Below are positions 23,786 through 31,430 of a stretch of 37,813 nt of DNA, piece by piece (the stretch's first letter is position 1; every line of letters starts with the position of its first letter). The DNA is from a virus, in the IMG/VR virus record IMGVR_UViG_3300017814_000003, positions 1-37,813 of that record; one strand, written 5' to 3'. The position numbers were made by a program, and so were the translations under genes. Below the pieces are notes generated by a model. That model was not told the DNA's origin, made no database searches, and was given only the letters and a program-made list of their open reading frames with translations.

Positions 23786-24190
23786 TTACTGTGATATCCA
23801 GAATCGTTTCAGCTTTGACGCTATTCCCGTTCGTGCATAGCCCATGAAGTCACCTATCTCTTCCTGGGTCATTCCGTCTCTGTAATAATACCGAAGTATA
23901 GCCCGCATCTCCGCATCGTCCACATTCTCGATCCACTCCTCCATCTCGGTGACTAGCCGTATACGCTGCTTTTCTTTGGATCGCATAAGCTTCGCCAGAC
24001 GGTCATAGTCAGCCTCGCCATAGTCATACCCCGCATCAGATTTCGGGATGCCTTTAACAGAATGCCTGTAGTCTTTGTAGAATATAGTCTGCATAGTTGG
24101 CGTCGGTTTTAGCATGTCCAGCTGTAGTGACCGGATCTCAAATACTAGTGCCCGAAGCTGTTCAAGGTCATGCCTTGTCATTGTGCTCAT
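23786..24190 (-). CDS. Late-gene transcriptional regulator, sigma-70 region-4-like (RinA/ArpU/DUF1492 class)
   Basis: It is the last gene before terS. The C-terminus ILRYYYRDGMTQEEIGDFMGYARTGIASKL is a region-4-type HTH. Confidence 0.65.
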   Translation of the reverse strand: MSTMTRHDLEQLRALVFEIRSLQLDMLKPTPTMQTIFYKDYRHSVKGIPKSDAGYDYGEADYDRLAKLMRSKEKQRIRLVTEMEEWIENVDDAEMRAILRYYYRDGMTQEEIGDFMGYARTGIASKLKRFWISQ

Positions 24191-24332
24191 CCTTTCGCCT
24201 GTAATTCCCGCATACGTGATCCTTCGGAGTCAGTCTCCTCCGGATCCCGCAGATCTTATATCGCTTGGCTTTTGCGCCGTATGTATCTTTACTGTACCCG
24301 CAGGTCTCGCAGCATGTGCTCTTAGTCGTCAC
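24168..24332 (-). CDS. Possible small Cys-rich protein (54 aa), below the ORF-track size cut-off
   Basis: Translated by hand: MTTKSTCCETCGYSKDTYGAKAKRYKICGIRRRLTPKDHVCGNYRRKDEHNDKA. The GTG start overlaps the upstream stop (GTGA), and the 3' end overlaps the regulator start. Confidence 0.35.
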   Translation of the reverse strand: MTTKSTCCETCGYSKDTYGAKAKRYKICGIRRRLTPKDHVCGNYRRKDEHNDKA

Positions 24333-24613
24333 TTGCTTTCGCCCTCCCAGCTGTCACAGTAGCCTTTTTCACAGCCTTCACACAGCTGCACACAGGTATG
24401 ACAGTTCATCTCCTGTTTCGGCTGTTCTGGCTGATAGTTCTTGTAGTCCTTGCACCGGTGCCTGCATGTCAGGCAAGGGACGTCTGCTGTCGGCTGGTCG
24501 TCAATAGCGCCTTTTACATCAAGCTCGCTAAACCTTAATTCCGCCGGGCTGCATAAATGTCCTACGTCTAACCACCTTATAAATCTGTCTGCCGATATAA
24601 GTCTGTCAGTCAT
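24329..24613 (-). CDS. Hypothetical Cys-rich protein (94 aa)
   Basis: ATG 24613 overlaps the Lar stop (ATGACTGA). Cys clusters: CLTCRHRC and CHTCVQLCEGCEKGYC. Confidence 0.6.
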   Translation of the reverse strand: MTDRLISADRFIRWLDVGHLCSPAELRFSELDVKGAIDDQPTADVPCLTCRHRCKDYKNYQPEQPKQEMNCHTCVQLCEGCEKGYCDSWEGESK

Positions 24614-24812
24614 TCTGCTCACCTACTCTCTTATTCCATATTTCTGCAACCTCTTCTACCATTTCTCTTAATCTCTTAAAACCTTCTGGTTTATATTCGA
24701 CTCTTGCTCCACATTTAGTGCAGTATGCAAATGCTCTAAATCTTCCAGCATCATTATCTATTCCTGTCTTAGCTTCACCGCCGCAGAACGGACACGGTTT
24801 TAATTCAGTCAT
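24606..24812 (-). CDS. lar: Lar-family restriction alleviation protein
   Basis: LKPCPFCGG ... CTKCGA ... IWNKR is the Lar-family zinc-ribbon pattern. The start at 24812 overlaps the upstream stop. Confidence 0.7.
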   Translation of the reverse strand: MTELKPCPFCGGEAKTGIDNDAGRFRAFAYCTKCGARVEYKPEGFKRLREMVEEVAEIWNKRVGEQND

Positions 24813-25110
24813 TCTGCTCACCGTCCTCTGCTTCGTCGCAACCGTTACAGTCATCATCGAGAGGACATTCATCGGTTATGTCATCACACCACATATTTAA
24901 TATCTTGCACCACAGCATTCCCCTCACCTCGCTAATCTGCTCGTAAGTTTCCTCGAATATGTCAGGTTTGCATGGATACTTCTCCCCCTGAACTCCTGTT
25001 ATGATGTAGTCTCCGATATCTGCTTTCATAGTGCCTTCAAGTGTCTTTATGTATTCGACTTTATCCGTTTTGTATGCTTCAATAACTACTGGCTTTTTTC
25101 TGTATTTCAT
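24805..25110 (-). CDS. Hypothetical protein (N-terminal KKPVVIEA...GDYIITG...GEKYPC domain, Cys/Asp-rich tail)
   Basis: An ORF with coupled neighbours. The N-terminal domain type recurs in many phages and has no known function. Confidence 0.6.
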   Translation of the reverse strand: MKYRKKPVVIEAYKTDKVEYIKTLEGTMKADIGDYIITGVQGEKYPCKPDIFEETYEQISEVRGMLWCKILNMWCDDITDECPLDDDCNGCDEAEDGEQND

Positions 25111-25129
25111 CTCTCTACCTCGCTTTTGT

Positions 25130-25741
25130 TCATTTGCGTCTTCTCCTCTCTCCGACCCTTGTCTGCAGATCGGCTATGATCACTCCTGTTTTCGTCAACT
25201 CTGCATCATCGTGCCTCAAATGACTGTGGTTCAATCTTGCGTTCTGCGACTTACTTACGCATGCCAGGTTATCGATGTCAAAGTTCCGGTGATCTCCGTC
25301 CAGGAATATGATCAGGCAGCCTTCCGGTACAGGCCCGTTTACCTCCTGCCAGATCTTACGGTGCTTCTGGATCCAGTTTACGTTCTTCGGCGCTTTCGGC
25401 TTATCATCGATCTTGACCCAGATATATCCGTCTGCCAGCATCTTTTCGGTTCCGACGGGGTCCGTGTTATGCGGCAGCTGCCCGGGCTTGAACATAGTGG
25501 GCGCCGCCTTCTCATACAGTTCAGGCGACATCTTCTTGCCCTTGTTTGCCGGAACGTGACCTTTCGGGAAGTATCCGGTCCTGCCGGTATGAAGGCGGTG
25601 GTTCTTCAGATAGGCCTTGACCTGGCTGAGCTCTATCGGCTGGAACCGTCTGCAGAACTCCTGATGTATCTCCCTGTGGGTATGCCCCGGGACATATTCC
25701 TCGAAGAACCTGCGCTCCTCTTCGGTATATCTACGCATCAT
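25130..25741 (-). CDS. HNH homing-type endonuclease (HNH_3-like)
   Basis: [26 protein letters not shown] matches the HNH_3 core. Confidence 0.8.
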   Translation of the reverse strand: MMRRYTEEERRFFEEYVPGHTHREIHQEFCRRFQPIELSQVKAYLKNHRLHTGRTGYFPKGHVPANKGKKMSPELYEKAAPTMFKPGQLPHNTDPVGTEKMLADGYIWVKIDDKPKAPKNVNWIQKHRKIWQEVNGPVPEGCLIIFLDGDHRNFDIDNLACVSKSQNARLNHSHLRHDDAELTKTGVIIADLQTRVGERRRRK

Positions 25742-25982
25742 CTCCTCCTGTGTCGGTCAGCATCGCCGGTACTTTACTGTCTGCGTCCAGCTTCTCATCT
25801 GCGAACACTGCAGCCTTCAGGACCAGGTTGCCGTTCTGCACTATCTGCGTGGCCACGTTCGATACTGCTTTTGCCCTGCTGATCTCTTCGGTCAGTGCGT
25901 CTCCCTTCAGGTCTTCATCGCCAAGTCTCTCCAGTTCGGCGAAAAGGTGGTTGTTCAGATCACTCAGTTTGTTCATTGTCAT
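25731..25982 (-). CDS. Hypothetical protein (83 aa, helical, acidic)
   Basis: The ORF is coupled to the HNH gene by an 11-nt overlap. Confidence 0.55.
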   Translation of the reverse strand: MTMNKLSDLNNHLFAELERLGDEDLKGDALTEEISRAKAVSNVATQIVQNGNLVLKAAVFADEKLDADSKVPAMLTDTGGDDA

Positions 25983-26014
25983 TTTTCAGTCCTCCTTAAA
26001 TCCTATCGCCTGCA

Positions 26015-26203
26015 TCATCTCCTCCACGACGGCCAGTCTTCGTCATACGCCACGGCGTAAAACTCATCGGCCCATTCTGAGATAAACTCTCTGTAGGCTT
26101 CTTTCGTGTCCTCTTCCGGAAGTTCCAGATCCAGCTCTTCGGCTATGGCCTCCGCGAACTGTATCTGCTTTTCCGTGGCCTTGGCTTCATACCACTCGCT
26201 CAT
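26015..26203 (-). CDS. Small, strongly acidic protein (62 aa)
   Basis: ATGA overlap with the DUF4406 gene stop. I counted 19 Asp/Glu against 6 Lys/Arg. The Arg/Gly-rich extension in the ORF track overlaps the DUF4406 gene and is rejected. Confidence 0.6.
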   Translation of the reverse strand: MSEWYEAKATEKQIQFAEAIAEELDLELPEEDTKEAYREFISEWADEFYAVAYDEDWPSWRR

Positions 26204-26493
26204 GTTTCGTCCTCCTCGATTATCTTTTTCCCTATTGCTTTCGCGTGTTTGTGTTCCCGGACCGCTCCGGGGCTGTTTCTCCAGTCTTTCAGCAGATATA
26301 CCGCATCTGCCATCTCTACCAGGGCGAAGTCGATCATCATGTACTGCTCGTATGCCAGATCGGGGTAAGCATCTGCCAGCCTGATCGGGCTGATCGGAGT
26401 ATGGCCCTGCTCTGCCAGCAGCATCTCTGCATCCTCGAACTTCCACCTGGCTTTATCATCGCCGGATATCCGGCCGGCTATATATACGATCAT
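26200..26493 (-). CDS. DUF4406 / nucleoside 2-deoxyribosyltransferase-like protein
   Basis: MIVYIAGRISGD ... YMMIDFALVEMADAVYLLKDWRNSPGAVREHKHA fits the DUF4406 pattern. Confidence 0.75.
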   Translation of the reverse strand: MIVYIAGRISGDDKARWKFEDAEMLLAEQGHTPISPIRLADAYPDLAYEQYMMIDFALVEMADAVYLLKDWRNSPGAVREHKHAKAIGKKIIEEDET

Positions 26494-27866
26494 GCGCCTT
26501 TCACCTTCCTCACTCTTGCTTTCAGGCTCTGCAGCAGGGCGTCCTGTACATCACCTTTCGCCTGAAGCGCTGCCATGACATCTTCGTCTCTCGTTCCTTC
26601 AGCTACGAGATGATGCACTATGACTTTCTCCTTCTGGCCCTGACGGTACAGTCTGGCGTTTGCCTGCTGGTAAAGCTCCAGGCTCCAGTTGAGTCCGAAC
26701 CAGATGATATGGTTCCCGCCTTCCTGGAGGTTCAGGCCGTATGCAGTAGATGCCGGATGCGCCAGCAGGATATCGATCTCACCGCGGTTCCAGGCATCTC
26801 CGTCTTCCGGTCTTTTGTACATCCGGACCCGGAGATCCGTCTTTGCCAGTGCCGCCAGGATCCTGTCACGATCATGCTGGAATGCATAAAAGACAAGAGC
26901 CGGCCTGCCGTTCAGTGCCTCAACAGTCTCCATGAAGGCTTCGACCTTGCAGTCATGTATCGGGACTATGTTCTTCATCCCGTCGTATACTGCCCCGTTG
27001 GCCAGCTGCAGCAGTTTGATCGACAGTGTAGCTGCGGATCCCGCATCGATAAGTGCCTCATCGACCTGCAGCAGGGTTTCACGCTCCATCTCGTCGTATC
27101 TTGCTCTGGCTTTCTTATCCAGGACTACAGGAACGGTGACGTCCGTCATGTCCGGCAGCTGCAGATAGTCTTCAGCGCTCATGCTTATGCAGATATCCGA
27201 TATGGCGCCATTGATCGACTCTTCCGCTCCGTTCTTCGGCCTGTAGTCGTATACCTCTCCCATCGGGCCCCTTTTCCCTGGATTGAAGAACTTCGTCCTG
27301 AACTGTCCGATCTTCGGATACAGCCTTTTACCCTCATCCAGCAGGTAGATCTCAGCCCACAGATCCTCGAGTCCGTTCGGTGCCGGTGTACCCGTCAGAC
27401 CTACGATCCTGTCTATCTTCGGCCTGACCCAGGTCAGGGACTTGAAGCGCTTCGCCTTATGGCTCTTGAAGGATGACAGCTCATCGATGATCACCATATC
27501 GAACGGCCACTCTGTCCTGTAGTAGTCAACGAGCCACTGCACGTTCTCACGGTTTATCACATAAATGTCGGCCGTCTGCGACAGCGCCCTCTTGCGCTGC
27601 GCTGCAGTGCCAAGGCATGTAGACACTCTCAGGTGCTGCAGATGATCCCACTTTTCTGCTTCCCTGCTCCAGGTGGCCTCTGCGACCTTCTTCGGCGCTA
27701 TCACCAGTACCTTGCATACCTGGAATCGGTCATACTTCAGGATGCTTGCCGCTGTAAGCGTTATGACAGTCTTGCCAAGGCCCATGTCAAGAAAGAGACC
27801 TATCGCCGGCTCATTCACGACTCTGTCTATGCAGTACTGCTGGTACCTGTGTGGCTCAAACCTCAT
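26490..27866 (-). CDS. SNF2-family DEAD/DEAH-box helicase
   Basis: Motif I is LDMGLGKT, motif II is DELS, and helicase-C motifs (LNLQEGG, YRQGQ) are present. Confidence 0.9.
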   Translation of the reverse strand: MRFEPHRYQQYCIDRVVNEPAIGLFLDMGLGKTVITLTAASILKYDRFQVCKVLVIAPKKVAEATWSREAEKWDHLQHLRVSTCLGTAAQRKRALSQTADIYVINRENVQWLVDYYRTEWPFDMVIIDELSSFKSHKAKRFKSLTWVRPKIDRIVGLTGTPAPNGLEDLWAEIYLLDEGKRLYPKIGQFRTKFFNPGKRGPMGEVYDYRPKNGAEESINGAISDICISMSAEDYLQLPDMTDVTVPVVLDKKARARYDEMERETLLQVDEALIDAGSAATLSIKLLQLANGAVYDGMKNIVPIHDCKVEAFMETVEALNGRPALVFYAFQHDRDRILAALAKTDLRVRMYKRPEDGDAWNRGEIDILLAHPASTAYGLNLQEGGNHIIWFGLNWSLELYQQANARLYRQGQKEKVIVHHLVAEGTRDEDVMAALQAKGDVQDALLQSLKARVRKVKGA

Positions 27867-28185
27867 ATTTTTCCGCCTGCCCTTTCAGGAAGTCGCTAAG
27901 CTGTTTCGGGTGCCCGAGAAGAAAAGTCATCGTATCGACATCGTGCTTGCTGCTAAGCACACCTGCCTGCATCCCGTACTGCCTGAGTCTTCTGAGCTGT
28001 ACCCTCTGATTCGTCGTAAGTACACCTGTTTCGTTTTTAAGTTCTATGAACAGTACCATGCCTCTTACGATCACTATCCTGTCCGGCACACCTGTGTTCC
28101 CTGGCGACACCCATTTATACGCTCTTCCGCCCAGGGCGTTTATCCTCTCTCTCAAATATTTTTCTATGCTTTTTTCGCTGTCCAT
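27856..28185 (-). CDS. VRR-NUC domain nuclease
   Basis: GVPDRIVIVRGMVLFIELK is the PD-(D/E)xK core of VRR-NUC. RBS GGGAG lies 8 nt before ATG 28185, whereas the ORF-track start at 28218 has no RBS. Confidence 0.8.
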   Translation of the reverse strand: MDSEKSIEKYLRERINALGGRAYKWVSPGNTGVPDRIVIVRGMVLFIELKNETGVLTTNQRVQLRRLRQYGMQAGVLSSKHDVDTMTFLLGHPKQLSDFLKGQAEKYEV

Positions 28186-28231
28186 CGTCGCTTCTCCCTT
28201 CGCGCGCGTCTTATACATGTTTCAGATAGGC

Positions 28232-28295
28232 GTATAGAGATATTTGAGGTTATATATATTTCTCTATATCTCTATATACTATTTATATAGGTAAA
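28232..28295. other. AT-rich tract (candidate DNA unwinding element) next to the iterons
   Basis: tatagagatatttgaggttatatatatttctctatatctctatatactatttatatag, containing tctctata repeats. Confidence 0.5.
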
Positions 28296-28518
28296 AAATG
28301 TTACAATGTTACAAGGTATACATAAATGTAGGTTTTTCAACGGCTCATGCCTGTAACATTCTCTGTAACATTCGTTTTTGTTAAATGTTACAATGTTACA
28401 TTTGTAACATTCTCAGCTTGGTTGTAACATTTTGTTTGTTACGGCGTTATCGTTGGAAACACTGGGTTTTTTATTTTTTGTAACATTCGTTTTTTCGAAT
28501 GTTACAGAGAATGTTACA
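28296..28518. repeat. Iteron array: 12 perfect copies of TGTAACA/TGTTACA (10-mer consensus TGTAACATTC); candidate origin of replication
   Basis: Heptamers start at 28299, 28307, 28352, 28364, 28386, 28394, 28403, 28423, 28479, 28500 and 28512, with a 6/7 copy at 28437. Both orientations occur. A palindrome spans 28479..28506. Confidence 0.7.
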
Positions 28519-30917
28519 AAGAAATCTGCTGTAATATCGAAGCCTCTCTGCACTCCATACGGACCGAACCTTTGAGTCTTTTGGCTCCGGATCAGCCCTG
28601 GAATATTCTCTAATATCTGATTGATTTCTCTGGCGTCGCTCTTTCTAAGATTCCTCACTTCTCCTCCGAAAAGTTCATACCATATCTCAAGTGCGCTTAT
28701 CCGATCACGCTTCACCGTCTTGTCCTTGCTGTGGTCGAATCCGGACATCAGCCACAGCCGCCTTTCTTCAGCGCCGAGTTCATTCCAGTTTTCCGGCACT
28801 TCGTTCATAAGAAACTCTATGATGATCCCTTTCTTTGCATTCCCTTCACTGTGGCTCTCCTGCTGGCCACGTGAGATCTTTTCTGCTTCTCCTGTCAGGT
28901 ACAGCTGCTCGCCGGCCCTGTAGCCTGCAAGCGCCTCCGCCCATATCTGATCGCGCTCTGCTTCCAGCTGCGTGAACACGTCCTTGCTTCCTCCTCCTGG
29001 GACCGACAACGGCCAGAAACGCCTGTTTCCGGTCGAGTCCTTCAGGAACTCCTCATCGTTCGTGGTTCCGAATATAACGCATCTGCGGGGGTATCTGTTC
29101 GTCCTTCGGCCGTATGCCTTCCTGTATATGTCTTCCTGCCGTGAGAGGAACAGCTTCATGACTTCCGTCCTTGACTGCCCCATGGCCGAGAGCTCTGCGA
29201 TCTCTACTATCCATCTGCCCTGTATCTGTTCAGCTGCTTCCTTACCCTCGAACGTCAGGAAGTTATCAGAGTACCACTCGCCTCCGAGTATCCGGAAAAA
29301 GGTGCTCTTGCCTATCCCCTGCGGTCCTGAGAGTATAAGCATATAGTCGTACTTGATGCCTGGCTCAAATGTTCTTGCCACAGCAGCAATCAGGCTCTTC
29401 CGTATGATCGCACGGGTATAGACCGTGTCCTCAGCTCCCAGGTAGTCGATGAGCAGGCTGTCGAGCCTTTTCACTCCGTCCCAGGACGGAAGCTCCGCAA
29501 AGTATCCGCGTATGTCATCGACGGTGTTCTGATGTGCTGCGTTGATCAGCGCATCGTATACTCTGTCCTTTCCGGATATCTGGTACATCTTCTCTATATA
29601 ATGTCTGAGACCGGCGTCATCATCGTCCGTCCACTCCCTGATGCCATCCTTAGCGTTCCATGGCAGCTGTCCTCTTGCCTGCACGCATCCCAGGAACTCA
29701 TTGAAGGCATATCTGCCTTTCAGCATCGGATCATGCTGCAGTATGATCACTACGTTGTCGATTGTCTTGTCAAAGCCGCCGCCAGGAGTCTGATCCATAG
29801 TAAGCGTCTTAACCCACTCGTTGTCTTCAGCTTCCGGCACTTCAGTCCCGAAAGCCTCCGCGGCCTTCTCGTACCTTTCGGTCTTCAGCAGCGAGGACAC
29901 TTCATCGATCCCGGATGCGAACTTGCACATAGCCGTGTATGACGGCAGCCTGTTCGTAGGCGTGCCGGATACTGCCTCTTCGTCCTGGTCCGAGAACTTA
30001 TGCAGTCTCACCAGGTCGAATGCGTTGACCAGCTTCCCGCTGCATGGATCTGTGGCGTGGTGGCTGAATAAGAATTTGCCGTCTTCATATACCACGGCTC
30101 CGCCTGTAGTGGATCCCCCCACATATGTATAGCGTCCTTCCCTCTCGGTCGGAGCGTATTCTCCGGGGATCAGTTCCTCCATGGCACGCTGGATGCTGTA
30201 CTCTCTGCAGAAGGCTCCTACTATTCCGTTCTTGGCCAGCGGGTCCCCCTGACGCTTTACCAGGCGCTGACGTGTCAGCTCCTCCTGCGGCTGCTGCGGC
30301 CATTCTGATACATCATGCCAGTCCTTATACAGCGCGAGTAGTCCGTCAGGATCTGCCATCGGCTTGTCAGACTGTCTGTACACATACTGACTGTCCTTGC
30401 AGCAGCTTGGCCAGTACATGAGGCGCGAGGCCTGGAAGGTAGTAGGATCCGCATAGTCTATGCCTATGATCCCGGCCAGCTTCCTCGCGATCGGTTCGTA
30501 CTCGTCTGCGCTGCAGGTCCTTGACAGCGGTATGATCACACGCAGTCGCGGCCTCTGCGGTTCGTGCTTGCGCGTCGAATAGCAGCAGTATCCGCATCCA
30601 AGGCTTTCGAGGATCCTTATCACCGCATCCGTCTCGCCTGGGGGGATGCTGTCCAGATCCAGAGTCACCAGGTCACGGCCGAGTATATGGTCCGCCTTGC
30701 GTGATCCGGATGCCAGCCCGCCTATGAAGCCTCCGACGTCCTTCAGGTCATCCTGTCTGCTCTTCGGGTATTTTAGATACTGTGCCAGCGTCTCTGTCCC
30801 TCTTGTCGGCAGCTGCAGCTTCCCGGCGAAGTCTGACCAGAACATCTTCTGTGCCGGCCAGCTCGTCGCTTTACGGGATCCTGCTGCGCTTATGGTTATC
30901 TCTCTATCGTATTTCAT
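28413..30917 (-). CDS. Primase/helicase: N-terminal primase-like region plus a VirE (virulence-associated protein E) P-loop NTPase domain
   Basis: LILSGPQGIGKST (Walker A), WIVEIAEL (Walker B) and NRRFWPL are VirE hallmarks. The last 35 or so codons are built from the iterons. Confidence 0.85.
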   Translation of the reverse strand: MKYDREITISAAGSRKATSWPAQKMFWSDFAGKLQLPTRGTETLAQYLKYPKSRQDDLKDVGGFIGGLASGSRKADHILGRDLVTLDLDSIPPGETDAVIRILESLGCGYCCYSTRKHEPQRPRLRVIIPLSRTCSADEYEPIARKLAGIIGIDYADPTTFQASRLMYWPSCCKDSQYVYRQSDKPMADPDGLLALYKDWHDVSEWPQQPQEELTRQRLVKRQGDPLAKNGIVGAFCREYSIQRAMEELIPGEYAPTEREGRYTYVGGSTTGGAVVYEDGKFLFSHHATDPCSGKLVNAFDLVRLHKFSDQDEEAVSGTPTNRLPSYTAMCKFASGIDEVSSLLKTERYEKAAEAFGTEVPEAEDNEWVKTLTMDQTPGGGFDKTIDNVVIILQHDPMLKGRYAFNEFLGCVQARGQLPWNAKDGIREWTDDDDAGLRHYIEKMYQISGKDRVYDALINAAHQNTVDDIRGYFAELPSWDGVKRLDSLLIDYLGAEDTVYTRAIIRKSLIAAVARTFEPGIKYDYMLILSGPQGIGKSTFFRILGGEWYSDNFLTFEGKEAAEQIQGRWIVEIAELSAMGQSRTEVMKLFLSRQEDIYRKAYGRRTNRYPRRCVIFGTTNDEEFLKDSTGNRRFWPLSVPGGGSKDVFTQLEAERDQIWAEALAGYRAGEQLYLTGEAEKISRGQQESHSEGNAKKGIIIEFLMNEVPENWNELGAEERRLWLMSGFDHSKDKTVKRDRISALEIWYELFGGEVRNLRKSDAREINQILENIPGLIRSQKTQRFGPYGVQRGFDITADFFVTFSVTFEKTNVTKNKKPSVSNDNAVTNKMLQPS

Positions 30918-31098
30918 CTTCGTCCTCTAACCGTATTACTGTGTATTTGCTTGGTTTGTGATAATTCTTTCTGTGTCTTATCTCCTGTATTCTCAGGCTC
31001 TTTTCTGTGATCCCGAGATAATCTGCGCATTCCTGCGAGGTACCTCCGAAGAGATAGTTATCCGTGTCGTCATAGACTGCATATTCCCGCATGTTCAT
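30904..31098 (-). CDS. Small hypothetical protein (64 aa, possible HTH)
   Basis: The ORF overlaps both neighbours. The segment SQECADYLGITEKSLRIQ is HTH-like. Confidence 0.5.
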   Translation of the reverse strand: MNMREYAVYDDTDNYLFGGTSQECADYLGITEKSLRIQEIRHRKNYHKPSKYTVIRLEDEDEIR

Positions 31099-31430
31099 CT
31101 TGCTGCCTCCACTATGTTTATCGCATCTTCGATCTTTGGAAACTGTAACGCGATCCAGTCAACGACCTCCTCGTTTCTCGCCCAGTCGGAATTGCTTGAT
31201 AGACCGGATTCGAACAAAAAAGCGTGTACTATCTCATGCCGCAGAACTTTTCTCTCAAAAGCATCGATGTTCTCCACGTTCATTGGATCGTCTTCAGGAA
31301 TTTCTATGACGATTTTTTTGCTCCACGTTTCACATAGACCGTTTGCTTCTTTAAGTTTTGAATTTTCGTTTTCGTACTGTCTTATTATTTCGTAGTCAGT
31401 TCCCAGGATATCGATCGTCATTTTGATCAC
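31095..31430 (-). CDS. Small HExxH protein (putative zinc metallopeptidase-like, 111 aa)
   Basis: The motif is LRHEIVHAFLFESG. The gene is coupled between the polymerase and primase genes. Confidence 0.55.
   Translation of the reverse strand: MIKMTIDILGTDYEIIRQYENENSKLKEANGLCETWSKKIVIEIPEDDPMNVENIDAFERKVLRHEIVHAFLFESGLSSNSDWARNEEVVDWIALQFPKIEDAINIVEAAR

Noticed and set aside
26204-26446. The N-terminal 81 codons of ORF 26015..26446 (Arg/Gly/Pro-rich).
   Set aside because: They overlap the well-supported DUF4406 gene (26200..26493) in another frame. The acidic C-terminal part starts at an ATG that forms an ATGA overlap with the DUF4406 stop.
28296-28518. Whether the short repeats in the iteron region could be a CRISPR array.
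   Set aside because: The repeats are only 7 to 10 bp, occur in both orientations, are irregularly spaced (4 to 50 bp), and have no spacer-like unique segments of constant length. No cas genes are present. The pattern fits iterons.
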